64,000 nucleotides of DNA from Candidatus Falkowbacteria bacterium. Its GTDB lineage: Bacteria; Patescibacteriota; Patescibacteriia; JAACEG01. Below the pieces are notes generated by a model that worked only from the letters and a program-made list of their open reading frames with translations, was not told the origin of the DNA and did no database searches. Shown here in pieces: positions 9,306 through 19,717 of the stretch. Location of the stretch: contig JABIDK010000014.1 in NCBI GenBank assembly GCA_018651725.1, positions 6,625 to 70,624 on the forward strand, read 5' to 3'. Positions within the stretch are counted from its first letter, which is position 1, and every line of letters starts with the position of its first letter. Made by a program: the position numbers and the translations under genes.

Positions 9306-11006
9306 ATGCCGGAAGACAACAATAAAAAGAAAATTAAAATTGCAAGAGAAAAAACATTGGGTGATTTTGATATTAAAATGAGAGAAATAGAAATTAAAGA
9401 AAAAGAACAAGCAGCTAAGGAGAAGGCCAAAGCCTCAGGACTTCCTTATATAAATTTAGCAAAATTTCCAATTTCTCAAGATGCTTTAAAGTTGATAGAT
9501 AAAGCTGAGGCTAAAAAACATCAAATAGTTTGTTTTTTTTACGGAGATAGGCAAGTTCGTTTAGGAGCTGTTAATCCTCTTGATGAGCAAGTTAAAAAGT
9601 TTGTCAAAAAAATAAAAGATCAATTTTTCAATAAAGATATTGGCATATATTTATGCTCTCTTTATAGTTTTGACGCAGCTTTTGCAGGCTACGCCAACTT
9701 ACCTGCGCTTAAGGAGACAAGTGTAGGGGTGGAAATTACCGAACAAGACTTGAAAAAATTTGCAAACATTAAAAATTTTCAGGAGATTGAAAGTTATATC
9801 CGAACAGTACCGTTAACAGATATTGTAAATTTACTTTTAAGTAGTGCTATTAATGTTAACGCGTCTGATATACATATTGAGGCAGAAGAGGGAGGGGTAA
9901 AAGTTAGGTTTAGGCTTGATGGTATTTTGCATGACGTAACAGAGCTACCAAAAGAAAAATGGAAAATTTTAGTTTCCAGAGTTAAGCTAGTTTCTAGTTT
10001 AAAAATTAATGTTGATAGCGTGCCTCAGGATGGTAGTTTTACTATTTATTTAGATAACGATAGAGTCGACGTTAGAGTTTCCACCTTGCCTACAGCCTAC
10101 GGAGAAAGTGTTGTTATTCGGCTTTTACTGTTTTCTCGAGAAAATTTAAGCTTGGAAGACCTAGGTTTAGATAAAGAAAGTTATAGTATTTTAGAAAAAG
10201 GTATTTCAAGGCCAAATGGTATGATTTTAAATACCGGCCCAACAGGGTCAGGTAAAACAACCACACTTTACTCTATTTTAAATAGCTTAAACAAAGAGGG
10301 TACTAAAATTATTACTATTGAAGATCCAATCGAGTATCATTTGGAAGGGGTTAATCAGAGCCACGTAGATGCAAGTAGGGGCTATACCTTTGCTAAAGCG
10401 CTTCGGAGCGTGGTTAGGCAAGATCCGGATATTGTTATGGTTGGTGAAATCCGTGACGCCGATACGGTTGACACTGCAATTCAAGCTTCTTTAACAGGGC
10501 ATTTAGTTTTAAGTACAGTTCATACAAATAGCGCCGCTGGAGCAGTGCCAAGGCTCTTATCGATGCAAGCTCAAAGTTTTTTACTTGCCCCGGCATTAAA
10601 TACGGTTATCGGTCAAAGGCTTGTAAGAAAAATATGTAAAGAGTGTAAAGAAGAGATCAGATTAGATGAAAAAACAATAGCTTATATTAAAGAAATGTTT
10701 TCTGTTATTTCTGAAAAAATAAAAGAAAAAATAGATATTAATAATTTAGCTGAGCAGAAATTTTATATGGGCAAGGGTTGTGAAAAGTGTGGTAATATTG
10801 GCTACAAAGGAAGACTTGCTATTTTTGAAATTATTAACTTTGATGAAGAAATTAGAGAAGCTATTATCTCGGATAAAAATATTTCAGAAGATAAAATAAA
10901 AAAAATAGCCATTCAAAAAGGAATGACTACCATGGCTCAAGATGGAATTTTAAAGGCTCTACGAGGAATAACTTCGGTTGAAGAAGTTCTAAGAGTAACC
11001 GGATAA
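9306..11006 (+). CDS. Type IV pilus assembly ATPase (PilB/GspE family)
   Basis: ASDIHIE, GPTGSGKTTT, TIEDPIEY, RQDPDIVMVGEIRD, tetracysteine CKEC/CEKC. Confidence 0.93.
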   Translation: MPEDNNKKKIKIAREKTLGDFDIKMREIEIKEKEQAAKEKAKASGLPYINLAKFPISQDALKLIDKAEAKKHQIVCFFYGDRQVRLGAVNPLDEQVKKFVKKIKDQFFNKDIGIYLCSLYSFDAAFAGYANLPALKETSVGVEITEQDLKKFANIKNFQEIESYIRTVPLTDIVNLLLSSAINVNASDIHIEAEEGGVKVRFRLDGILHDVTELPKEKWKILVSRVKLVSSLKINVDSVPQDGSFTIYLDNDRVDVRVSTLPTAYGESVVIRLLLFSRENLSLEDLGLDKESYSILEKGISRPNGMILNTGPTGSGKTTTLYSILNSLNKEGTKIITIEDPIEYHLEGVNQSHVDASRGYTFAKALRSVVRQDPDIVMVGEIRDADTVDTAIQASLTGHLVLSTVHTNSAAGAVPRLLSMQAQSFLLAPALNTVIGQRLVRKICKECKEEIRLDEKTIAYIKEMFSVISEKIKEKIDINNLAEQKFYMGKGCEKCGNIGYKGRLAIFEIINFDEEIREAIISDKNISEDKIKKIAIQKGMTTMAQDGILKALRGITSVEEVLRVTG

Positions 11007-11039
11007 CTCATTGGGTGATTTTTAAGATTATTGAGACTT

Positions 11040-11483
11040 TTAAATTTTTTGGGATACGGTTATTGCTCTTTTACTCTTGTTTACTTTAAAATTTATATAG
11101 ATTGTGTTTCTTGGCAAAAGATTTTTCACTTTTTCCGCCCACTCGATTATTGTAATAGTTTTATCATCAGATAGATAGTTGGTGATACCTAGGGATGTTA
11201 AATCTTCTGAACTATTGAGGCGGTAGGCATCGATATGACAAAGTTTATGATGTCGAAGATGGAACATGGAATATGGAATATTGTAAATTTTCATTATGTT
11301 GAAGGTTGGACTGATTATGTGTTCTTTTATGTCAAGTGACTTGGCAATGCCTTTTATGAAAACTGTTTTGCCACTTCCAAGCTCGCCTGTTAAAGCAATA
11401 GCTTCGTTCCCTTTTAGACTCCTAGCAAATTTTTTAGCTAAAGCAAAAGTTTCCTTTTCGGTTGTAGTAATAAAAGTTTTCAT
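11040..11483 (-). CDS. tsaE: tRNA threonylcarbamoyladenosine biosynthesis ATPase TsaE
   Basis: GELGSGKT, SPTFNI, HIDAYRL, IIEWA. Confidence 0.95.
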   Translation of the reverse strand: MKTFITTTEKETFALAKKFARSLKGNEAIALTGELGSGKTVFIKGIAKSLDIKEHIISPTFNIMKIYNIPYSMFHLRHHKLCHIDAYRLNSSEDLTSLGITNYLSDDKTITIIEWAEKVKNLLPRNTIYINFKVNKSKRAITVSQKI

Positions 11484-11522
11484 AATAACATTATAATTAT
11501 TTTTAATTCATAAAACAACCCT

Positions 11523-12569
11523 ATGTCAAATTTACAAAAACAACAACTAAATATTTCCATGTTTTCTATTGTTAAAATTCTTCTTGTTTTATTTTCTGTT
11601 TATTTATTGTATTTAGTGTCAGATGTGGTTGCTATGTTGTTTATAGCGTTTATTTTATTCTCAGTTATTAATCCATTGGTTAACAGTCTCCATAGTCGTC
11701 GTGTTCCTCGCGCTTTAGGTACAATAATAATTTATATTGTTTTATTTGCTATTATTAGCTCTGTTTTTGTACTGCTTACCCCGGTTATTGTTCATCAAGT
11801 CAAAGAGTTGATTAAAAACTTCCCTGGATATTGGGAACAGATATCTTCCGGCTTTTCGCGGTTGGAAGAGTATTCTGTTAAATATAGCTTTGAAGATAAT
11901 ATCAAAAAAGGATTGGAGTTTTTGCAAAATAATATAGGACAAGGTGCAAAAGGCGTTTTCTCTGTTCTTTCCGGCATCTTTGGCGGAGTGGCATCTTTCT
12001 TTATTGTACTTGTTATTACTTTTTACATGGTAGTTGAAAAAAGTTCTGTAAAAGATTTATTAAGCAATATAGTCCCTGCTAAACCAAGAGATCGTATTAC
12101 TCATATCATGGAAAAAATCCAAGAAAAACTTGGTCTTTGGGCGAGGGCGCAACTTATTCTATCTTTTATTATTTTTCTTTTAACCTTTGTAGCTCTATCT
12201 GTTGCCGGAGTTGAGTATGCGTTAGTTTTAGCTTTAATCGCCGGTTTAACTGAGCTTATCCCGTATCTAGGGCCTATTTTAGGAGCTATTCCGGCTATTG
12301 TTTTGGCTTTTTTCCAGGCGCCCCATTTGGCATTAATAGTACTTGGGATTTATTTGGCTATTCAGCAATTTGAAAATATAGTGCTTGTTCCTCAGGTTAT
12401 GAAAAAAGCAGTTGGCATTAATCCTGTAGTTAGTATTGTTGCTTTAATGTCCGGATTTAAAATTGGCGCTGCCATTGGAATTGGCAGTATACTTGGTGCG
12501 ATTTTAGCGATACCTATTGTAATAACTTTCAATGTAATAATTAACGAAGTGTTTCAAGAAAAAAAATGA
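11523..12569 (+). CDS. AI-2E family (UPF0118/PerM) transporter
   Basis: Multi-TM; IPYLGP, QQFENIVLVPQVM, GINP, GAILAIP motifs. Confidence 0.9.
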   Translation: MSNLQKQQLNISMFSIVKILLVLFSVYLLYLVSDVVAMLFIAFILFSVINPLVNSLHSRRVPRALGTIIIYIVLFAIISSVFVLLTPVIVHQVKELIKNFPGYWEQISSGFSRLEEYSVKYSFEDNIKKGLEFLQNNIGQGAKGVFSVLSGIFGGVASFFIVLVITFYMVVEKSSVKDLLSNIVPAKPRDRITHIMEKIQEKLGLWARAQLILSFIIFLLTFVALSVAGVEYALVLALIAGLTELIPYLGPILGAIPAIVLAFFQAPHLALIVLGIYLAIQQFENIVLVPQVMKKAVGINPVVSIVALMSGFKIGAAIGIGSILGAILAIPIVITFNVIINEVFQEKK

Positions 12570-13144
12570 TTTCTTACTTAAAAGGAAAAATAATAAGCAT
12601 AGATAATTTATCTGTAATTTTACTAGCAAGCGATACTGGCTATAAAATTTTTTTAGGAAATAATTTGCTTAGCCAAATAAAATTAGGTGAAGAAAAAGAA
12701 TTCTTCACTTTTTTGCGTTTTCGAGAGGATGCTTTAAGCTTGTTTGGGTTTCAAAATAAAGAAGAGCTGGATTTATTTAACCAATTAATTTCTGTTTCCG
12801 GAGTTGGTCCAAAATCAGCTTTACATTTATTAGACACGGTTGGTTTGGGAGAAACGCAAAGAGCTATTGTGAATAAACGAGCAGATGTTTTATCAAGAGC
12901 GCCGGGTCTCGGCAAAAAAACAGCCGAGAAAATTATTATAGAGTTAAAAAATAAAATAATAGTTACCGGAGATGACAGCGCTCCAACCAGAAAGTACTCC
13001 GAAGAAAACGAAGATGTAGTTAACGCTCTAGTTGGACTAGGTTATACAGCAAGAGACGCTAGAGAAGCGCTTGAGAGTGTTTCCGAAGAAATAGAGGGGA
13101 CTGATAATAAAATAAAAGAGGCTTTACGGGTAATTGGAAGATAA
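12566..13144 (+). CDS. ruvA: Holliday junction branch migration protein RuvA
   Basis: MISYLKG, REDALSLFGF, VSGVGPKSA, PGLGKKTAEKIIIELK, ALVGLGY. Confidence 0.96.
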   Translation: MISYLKGKIISIDNLSVILLASDTGYKIFLGNNLLSQIKLGEEKEFFTFLRFREDALSLFGFQNKEELDLFNQLISVSGVGPKSALHLLDTVGLGETQRAIVNKRADVLSRAPGLGKKTAEKIIIELKNKIIVTGDDSAPTRKYSEENEDVVNALVGLGYTARDAREALESVSEEIEGTDNKIKEALRVIGR

Positions 13145-13148
13145 TGAT

Positions 13149-14495
13149 ATGGATAAAATTTTGATAATAATTAAAAAAATAATACCTAAATCTGTTTTTA
13201 GATTTTTGCAGCCTTTTTATCATAAGTTTTTGGTTTGTTTGGCTGCTTTTTTTTATGCACATCCCAGTGAGAAGTTGATTGTGATCGGGGTTACAGGAAC
13301 TAACGGGAAATCTACTACTGCTCACTTGATTGCTAAAGCTTTGGAGGCTCGTGGAGATAAAACAGGGGAAACTTCAACTGTTTTTTTTAAGATCGGAGAC
13401 AAAGAGTGGTTGAACGATAAAAAAATGACCATGCTGGGGCGGTTTGCTTTGCAGAAAATGTTAAAACAAATGGTTCAGGCCGGATGTAAGTATGCTGTGA
13501 TTGAAACTTCGTCCGAAGGAATAAAACAATTCCGTCATTTGGGAATAAATTACGACGTGGTTGTGTTTACAAACTTAACTCCGGAGCATATTGAATCCCA
13601 TGGGGGATTTGAAAACTATAAAAAAGCAAAACTGGAGTTATTTAAACATCTAGAAAAATCAAAAAGAAAAAAAATAGATAACAAGAAAATTAACAAAGCA
13701 ATTATCGCTAATTTAGACGATGAACACGCAAAAGATTTTTTAAATTTTAAAGTTGATAAAAAAATTGGAATTACTATTAAAAATAACAAAAGTGATTTAG
13801 TTGATCAAGCGTTAACTGTAGAAAATACACATAGTAAGTTAAAAGGAATTAGCTTTAGCACTGACAACGTTAATTTTAAATTAAATTTAATAGGAGAATT
13901 TAATATCTATAATGCACTTAGCGCGATAGCGGTCGGTTTAAGTCAAGATTTTGAACTGGAAGAAATGCAACAAACCTTAAGTAAAATCAAAGGAGTGCCC
14001 GGGCGAATGGAGTTAATTAAAGAAGCTCAAAATTTTACAGTTATCGTTGACTACGCCCCGGAACCGGAATCATTAAAGCAGGCTTATAATACAGTTTTAA
14101 AATTAAAAAAAGATAATGCTAAAATTATCCATGTTTTAGGATCTTGCGGCGGAGGAAGAGACATAGCGCGTCGCCCGATTTTAGGTGAGCTAGCCGGCAA
14201 AAACGCTGACTATGTAATTATTACTAATGAAGACCCTTACGACGACGATCCAATGGAAATCATAAACAATGTTGTTGAAGGAGCAGTAAAAGAAGGAAAA
14301 GTTTTGGATAAAAATTTATTTAAAATTTTAGATCGTCGCGAGGCTATAAAAAAAGCCTTGACCTTAGCCAAGGAAAACAATTTAGTTTTAATTACCGGTA
14401 AAGGCAGTGAGCAGGCAATGTGTATTGCAGACGGAAAAAAAATAAAATGGGATGATCGAGCAATAGCCAAAGAAGAGCTTAAAAAACTTTTTTAA
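13149..14495 (+). CDS. murE: UDP-N-acetylmuramoyl-tripeptide synthetase (MurE-type Mur ligase)
   Basis: GVTGTNGKST, ETSSEG, TNLTPEHI, VPGRME, NEDPYDDDP, TGKGSE. Confidence 0.88.
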   Translation: MDKILIIIKKIIPKSVFRFLQPFYHKFLVCLAAFFYAHPSEKLIVIGVTGTNGKSTTAHLIAKALEARGDKTGETSTVFFKIGDKEWLNDKKMTMLGRFALQKMLKQMVQAGCKYAVIETSSEGIKQFRHLGINYDVVVFTNLTPEHIESHGGFENYKKAKLELFKHLEKSKRKKIDNKKINKAIIANLDDEHAKDFLNFKVDKKIGITIKNNKSDLVDQALTVENTHSKLKGISFSTDNVNFKLNLIGEFNIYNALSAIAVGLSQDFELEEMQQTLSKIKGVPGRMELIKEAQNFTVIVDYAPEPESLKQAYNTVLKLKKDNAKIIHVLGSCGGGRDIARRPILGELAGKNADYVIITNEDPYDDDPMEIINNVVEGAVKEGKVLDKNLFKILDRREAIKKALTLAKENNLVLITGKGSEQAMCIADGKKIKWDDRAIAKEELKKLF

Positions 14496-15496
14496 ATATT
14501 CCAGGCCTTGTTTAAATTCTCTTTATTTTTTATTAACAGGTTCATATATTTAATTTCTTGTGTGATCATTTCTTTGTCGTCTCTGCGCAACCACTCACTT
14601 ATCCAGGCAAAGCGGAGGGCGATTATAAAGTCAATTAGAGTATCCCAACTTTCTTTTTTAAGAAAGTTTTTTTCTTTTAGGGCTTTAATAAATCCCGGGA
14701 CTATTCCATCTATTAATCCGTTTAAATCTTCGCTACCAACACACCCAACCATATTAGCCACATCATAACTTTCTTTTTTATAACCAACAAATTCCCAATC
14801 AATTACAGAGTTAATTTTGTCTTTACCCCAAATAATATTTAGAGGATGAAAATCACCATGACAAAAGCTGACTGGCAATTTTTCATAAGAATTAAAAAAG
14901 TTATCTTGTAAGTATTTTATTATGGATTTTATATTATTATAAATTTCAGGATTATGATTTTGAATACTTTTTGTAATTTCTAAGACATAAGCACTCAAAG
15001 AAAAAACATCGTTATGGTCAAAAAAAGGAATTTTTTTATTTTTATTTTTTAAATCAATCAAAAATTGAGCAGACGTTTCCCCTCGCCAAGAATCAAAAAC
15101 ATATTTTGGTCGTTTAAGGGAAATACCATCAACAAACGGAAGAACTTGCCAATATTCATCTTGACTATGCATCCTCGGTTGCCCGCAGCAGTTATTATCT
15201 ACTGGATAATTTTGTGGAACCAAGCTTAAAAATTCATTTTTATTGTTACGAAGATAAGAAGTAGCACCTAACAACTTTTTCTTTTCCAAATATTCAGAAG
15301 TTTCAGCAATTATATTTTTTCTCTCAAACAATTTACTATGAATATTTTCTAAAATATATAATTTATTATCGTTATCCTCCACAACAATCCGAAATTTAGC
15401 CCTTTCCGGAGAGCCACAAATATCAATATCATCGCGAACTTTTTTAAATTTAATATCCCAGTTATTTAAGATTTGTTGTAGGTTGTGTTGAGTCAT
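14492..15496 (-). CDS. Aminoglycoside/homoserine-kinase-like phosphotransferase (APH family)
   Basis: HGDFHPLN and VIDWEF motifs. Confidence 0.8.
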   Translation of the reverse strand: MTQHNLQQILNNWDIKFKKVRDDIDICGSPERAKFRIVVEDNDNKLYILENIHSKLFERKNIIAETSEYLEKKKLLGATSYLRNNKNEFLSLVPQNYPVDNNCCGQPRMHSQDEYWQVLPFVDGISLKRPKYVFDSWRGETSAQFLIDLKNKNKKIPFFDHNDVFSLSAYVLEITKSIQNHNPEIYNNIKSIIKYLQDNFFNSYEKLPVSFCHGDFHPLNIIWGKDKINSVIDWEFVGYKKESYDVANMVGCVGSEDLNGLIDGIVPGFIKALKEKNFLKKESWDTLIDFIIALRFAWISEWLRRDDKEMITQEIKYMNLLIKNKENLNKAWNI

Positions 15497-15635
15497 AGTA
15501 TTTTGACCGTTTATTTACAGTCCAATGTTTAATAGCTATTAAGCTATATATGATTATATACGAGAAGTTAATATTTGTAAAAAACCCTACAGCCGTTTGT
15601 TGCGGTGTAGGGCTTAGGTTGGATATTTTTTAAGA

Positions 15636-15914
15636 CTATAAAGATTTGCTAAATCCATACGATAAAGAAAACAATGCTGTACAGCCTGACATGAAAGCAA
15701 AAAGTTTTAGCCAATTACTGGGGTTAGTGCAATCATTTAATAATACGATAGAGAAGAAAGACAATAGACTAAAAATAAAAAATGATAAACACCATAAAGG
15801 ACAATACTTTTCATGCCTTGTTACTTTGATAAGACCATGCTCTTTATTGAACATTTTAACTTTGTATGTTGTAACAATAAATCTACCGTTTTTTTCTTCT
15901 GTTTTAAAGAACAT
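15636..15914 (-). CDS. Small orphan membrane protein (2 TM)
   Basis: 92 aa, SD AGGGAGGGG, two hydrophobic segments; hairpin plus T-tract at ~15579-15613. Confidence 0.6.
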   Translation of the reverse strand: MFFKTEEKNGRFIVTTYKVKMFNKEHGLIKVTRHEKYCPLWCLSFFIFSLLSFFSIVLLNDCTNPSNWLKLFAFMSGCTALFSLSYGFSKSL

Positions 15915-15969
15915 GACCCCTCCCTTGTTATTTGTTTTTAAAAGGTTCTTTTTAATTTTAAAATATTTG

Positions 15970-16043
15970 TGGACCCGACGGGATTCGAACCTGCGACCTC
16001 TTGCATGCCATGCAAGCGCTCTAACCAGCTGAGCTACGGGCCC
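15970..16043 (-). tRNA. tRNA-Ala(GGC)
   Basis: GGGCCCGTAGCTCAGCTGG...CTTGC-AT-GGC-AT-GCAAG...GGTTCGAATCC...CGGGTCCA; G3:U70 pair; CCA not encoded. Confidence 0.93.
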
Positions 16044-16047
16044 TTAT

Positions 16048-16782
16048 TTAGAATGCCATGTATTTTGACCATTTATTGTATAAATCTCTGGTGGCGAATA
16101 GATCGTCGGCGTTGTATTTGGCTATGTCTAAATATTTTCCTTCTTGAAATAGTTTTCCAACATCATCTCCGCTTACGCCTTTTGATTTTGGGCTAATAAT
16201 TTCAAACGCCCGACACCATAAATGTAAATTACCTTTTTTTCTAACTGAACCGAAATAGCTTAAATGATCAAGTAGATCTAAGTGATTTGTTTCGTAGTGT
16301 TTGGCGTAACGATAGGGCATTAAATCAACGCTGGGACGAATTCCGTGGACTGCAGAGCGAGCCACTAAAAATGGTATATCAAACCCGCGACCATTAAAGC
16401 TGATTACTTGTCGGTAATCTTTAACACCTTCCCAGAATTTTTTTAACATCTCTTTTTCGCTGTAAGTAACATATTTAATCCCGTTTTCTTCTAAAGCTTC
16501 TTCTCCCGCCTGCAACGCTGTAGCATCTGCGGACAGGTCTTTTTTAGACTGATAGTAAACTGCCCCTTGGTCTTGCTCTACATCCAGCACACCGATTGCT
16601 ACAATTTCTCCGGTTAAAGGAGAAAGCCCTAAACCATCTTTTAAATCATCTAAAGCCAGCTCATACTCTTCTTCATTTTTAGATTCTTTTTTAATCCAAC
16701 GAGTTAAAACACTCTGAGTGGTTTTATCCAGCTCATCAAAATTTTCTCCAATTGTCTCAATGTCGAAAACTAGTTTATTCAT
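16048..16782 (-). CDS. PolB-like 3'-5' exonuclease (RNase H-like, DEDD)
   Basis: VFDIET, SFNGRGFDIPF, YNADD motifs. Confidence 0.85.
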   Translation of the reverse strand: MNKLVFDIETIGENFDELDKTTQSVLTRWIKKESKNEEEYELALDDLKDGLGLSPLTGEIVAIGVLDVEQDQGAVYYQSKKDLSADATALQAGEEALEENGIKYVTYSEKEMLKKFWEGVKDYRQVISFNGRGFDIPFLVARSAVHGIRPSVDLMPYRYAKHYETNHLDLLDHLSYFGSVRKKGNLHLWCRAFEIISPKSKGVSGDDVGKLFQEGKYLDIAKYNADDLFATRDLYNKWSKYMAF

Positions 16783-16839
16783 AAGATTGTTAAATTAAAG
16801 ATAGTTAAATTTTATGTTATTAAACAAAATGTGTCAATT

Positions 16840-18363
16840 TTATTCACTTTTCGGGCGGTATTGCAGAGCTTCGGCAAGGTGAGGTAGTTTGATGTTTTCT
16901 TCTCGGGCTAAGTCGGCGATGGTGCGGGATAGCTTTAAGATTCTGAAATAAGATCTGGCTGATAAATTAAATTTTTGAATAGCATTTTTTAATAACTCTT
17001 CTGACTCTTTATCTATTTCACAAAATTTTTCCACTTCTTCGGATTTCATTTCAGAGTTAGTTAAAGTATCTAAATTTTTGAACCGTTCATTCTGTGAGTC
17101 GCGGGCATTTTGCACTCTTTCTCTTATTGTTTCTGATTTTTCTCCGTCAGGAGCAGAGGTTAATTTGTCTATTTTAACTTTTTCTACTTCAATGTTTAGG
17201 TCAATCCTATCCAGCAGAGGACCGGATATTTTACGGTTGTATTTTATGACTTGATTTGGTGAGCAAGTGCAATCTTTGTCAGGATCGCTGTAGTTTCCGC
17301 ATGGACAAGGATTTTGAGCGGCTATTAAAATAAATTTTGCCGGAAAATCAAGCGATCCGGTGGCGCGTGAAACCGTGACAACCCCATCTTCGAGTGGTTG
17401 GCGCAAACTTTCCAGAAGATGCCGGCTAAACTCCGGGAATTCATCTAAAAATAAAACTCCGCGATGAGCCAAACTGATTTCGCCTGGTTTTGGCCAAGTT
17501 CCTCCGCCGATTAAAGCTACTGCCGATGAAGTATGGTGAGGATTTCTAAAAGGACGAGTATTTATTAAAGATTGATTTTTGTTTAATTTTCCGGAAACAC
17601 TATATATCTTAGTTGCTTCTAAAACTTCATCCAAAGTCATTTTTGGTAAAATTGAAGGCAGGGTGCGAGCTAAAAGAGTTTTCCCTGTTCCTGGAGGACC
17701 GCTCATTAAAATATTATGTCCACCAGCCGCTGCAATTTCCATGGCTCTTTTCGCCATCTCTTGACCGCGCACTTGCGACATATCGTAAGCATAGCTTTCT
17801 TGCTTGTCTTTTAAATTATATTTTTTTGTTGAAGGAGAAATTGTTTCTACACCCGTAATATGTTTTATCAGTTCGTTTAGATTTTCCAGTGGTATTATTT
17901 CAAGGCCTTCAATTAAACTTGCTTCCTCGGTGTTTGCTTTTGGTAAAAATAAAGTTTTAAAACCTTTTTCTTTAGCCATTATGGCGATCGGTAAAACACC
18001 GTTTACTCCTCGCAAAGTTCCATCCAAAGAAAGCTCACCAATAAAAATCGATTTTTTAAGGTCTATCTTTGATATAAAATTTTTACTGCCCGCGATTAAA
18101 ACACTAAGCGCAATTGGCAAATCAAAAATCGGCCCCTCTTTTTTAATATCAGCCGGAGCTAAGTTTATAGTTATTCTAGTTTGAGGAAAAGTTAGAGAAC
18201 TGTTTTTAATAGCCGAGCGAACACGCTCTCGAGATTCCTGTACAGCCGTATCCGGCAAACCAACCACAACAAAGTTTCCCAAACCACCTGAGATATCAGC
18301 TTCAACCTCAACCGGTTCACTATGTAATCCAATAGAAGTAGCAGAAAATATTTTAGAAGACAT
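16840..18363 (-). CDS. comM: YifB/ComM Mg-chelatase-like AAA+ ATPase
   Basis: VGLPDTAVQESRERV, GPPGTGKT, PHHTSS, GEISLAHRGVLFLDE, NPCPCG, SGPLLDRID. Confidence 0.93.
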   Translation of the reverse strand: MSSKIFSATSIGLHSEPVEVEADISGGLGNFVVVGLPDTAVQESRERVRSAIKNSSLTFPQTRITINLAPADIKKEGPIFDLPIALSVLIAGSKNFISKIDLKKSIFIGELSLDGTLRGVNGVLPIAIMAKEKGFKTLFLPKANTEEASLIEGLEIIPLENLNELIKHITGVETISPSTKKYNLKDKQESYAYDMSQVRGQEMAKRAMEIAAAGGHNILMSGPPGTGKTLLARTLPSILPKMTLDEVLEATKIYSVSGKLNKNQSLINTRPFRNPHHTSSAVALIGGGTWPKPGEISLAHRGVLFLDEFPEFSRHLLESLRQPLEDGVVTVSRATGSLDFPAKFILIAAQNPCPCGNYSDPDKDCTCSPNQVIKYNRKISGPLLDRIDLNIEVEKVKIDKLTSAPDGEKSETIRERVQNARDSQNERFKNLDTLTNSEMKSEEVEKFCEIDKESEELLKNAIQKFNLSARSYFRILKLSRTIADLAREENIKLPHLAEALQYRPKSE

Positions 18364-18465
18364 AAAGTTAGTTTTTAGGACAAGAAATTAAACATTATTA
18401 TTATGGCAATGATGAAAACTTTTTGCAAATTTTTTATAGAAATAAATCTATGCTATAATATAAAT

Positions 18466-18732
18466 ATGAAAACTTTAAAGTCTAATAAACGACAATTCAT
18501 TATTTTGTTGATAGCTTCTTTTTTTGGAGCGCTTCTCGCTATCGTTCATGGTATATTCTTTGATTTAGATATAGGAGAGCTTGGTCGGCTGACTATTGGA
18601 GGAACCTTTGCAACTACAGCGATTTTGTTTTTAGTTTTATTGTTTTTGGAGTGGGTTTTTGATCTGGATAACGAGAAAAAAATAGACGAACTTACCAAGG
18701 AAATTGAAGAAATCAAAAAGAAGATTAAATAG
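18466..18732 (+). CDS. Small membrane protein (2 TM)
   Basis: ATG 18466 after a TGCTATAAT element; two hydrophobic helices and a charged tail. Confidence 0.65.
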   Translation: MKTLKSNKRQFIILLIASFFGALLAIVHGIFFDLDIGELGRLTIGGTFATTAILFLVLLFLEWVFDLDNEKKIDELTKEIEEIKKKIK

Positions 18733-19198
18733 TAGATTTAATAATAATTTTCTTTTTTAATAATTCTTCTTTTAATAAAAAACCAACCCCTAGAACGATT
18801 AAAATATCAGCCAGATTAAAGATGGAAAACCAGGGAATGTTGATAAAATCAATTACATAGCCGAGATAAATTCTGTCGATCAAATTAGAGATCGCGCCAG
18901 CGAGGATAACAGTAATAATTAAAACTCCCCCTAGATTATTTTTTCTATAGTTTTTTTGCAAAAGATAGAGTAAAAATAGAATGGTGATTGTGCTTAAAAG
19001 AAATAAAAGGATGTGTGGTATTCTGAAATTAAACGCTATTCCGTAATTTTTAGTAAAAGTTATTTCTAAAAGATTTTCAATAGAAAAATCCCGAAACGTA
19101 TCGGGATTTTTTGATATATAGTTTTTACTAAATTGGTCTATTGCTACTAAAACTATTCCAACAATAAAAATAAAAGTAGTTTTCAGTTTTTTGTTCAT
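18725..19198 (-). CDS. lspA: Signal peptidase II
   Basis: DQFSK, NYGIAF, GAISNLIDRI, VIDFI, FNLAD. Confidence 0.95.
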   Translation of the reverse strand: MNKKLKTTFIFIVGIVLVAIDQFSKNYISKNPDTFRDFSIENLLEITFTKNYGIAFNFRIPHILLFLLSTITILFLLYLLQKNYRKNNLGGVLIITVILAGAISNLIDRIYLGYVIDFINIPWFSIFNLADILIVLGVGFLLKEELLKKKIIIKSTI

Positions 19199-19199
19199 T

Positions 19200-19598
19200 T
19201 TAAGCTTCTCCTTTTAATCTTTTTTTACAGGTGATACAAGCAGAAGAAATTGGTCTTATTTTAATCCTTTCTTTTCTGATTGGTTCTTTGCAGTATTTAC
19301 AAATTCCGTAAGTTCCTTTTTTAATTCTATCCAAAGCGCTTTCAATATCACGCAAGGTATCTTCCAGCGATTTTCCCAAAGACAAGTTATCGGTAAAAGT
19401 TGCTATTTCGTTGGCGTTCTCATCGCTTTTGTCTCCATATTCAGGAAAAATAGCTTTATGCGCTTCATGTTCATATTTATCCTCCTTGGTAATTTTACCT
19501 AATTCATCATTAATATTATCTCTTCTGATTTCTAGAGATTTTTTTATTGCAGCCAAAGTCTTCTTATCCAGAGCCGTTTTTACTTTTTTTATTGCCAT
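19200..19598 (-). CDS. TraR/DksA C4-type zinc finger protein
   Basis: ALDRIKKGTYGICKYC...CITC; own promoter TTTACA-N17-TATAAT at ~19655-19683(-). Confidence 0.9.
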   Translation of the reverse strand: MAIKKVKTALDKKTLAAIKKSLEIRRDNINDELGKITKEDKYEHEAHKAIFPEYGDKSDENANEIATFTDNLSLGKSLEDTLRDIESALDRIKKGTYGICKYCKEPIRKERIKIRPISSACITCKKRLKGEA

Positions 19599-19717
19599 AT
19601 AATTTCTTTAAAATAATAAATAAAATAACACTTTTTAGTGTTTTTTATACTTTTATTATAGTATTTTGTTTTGTTTTTGTAAAGAGGGCGCACAGGGGAG
19701 GGGTATAAAAAATTGCC

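Noticed and set aside
15978-15994. tRNA-Ala as a pseudogene because of an A-C mismatch in the T-stem
   Set aside because: All other arms and the G3:U70 identity pair are intact; one mismatch is not enough.
15969-16196. ORF MDPTGFEPATSCMPCKRSNQLSYGP
   Set aside because: Antisense translation of tRNA-Ala.
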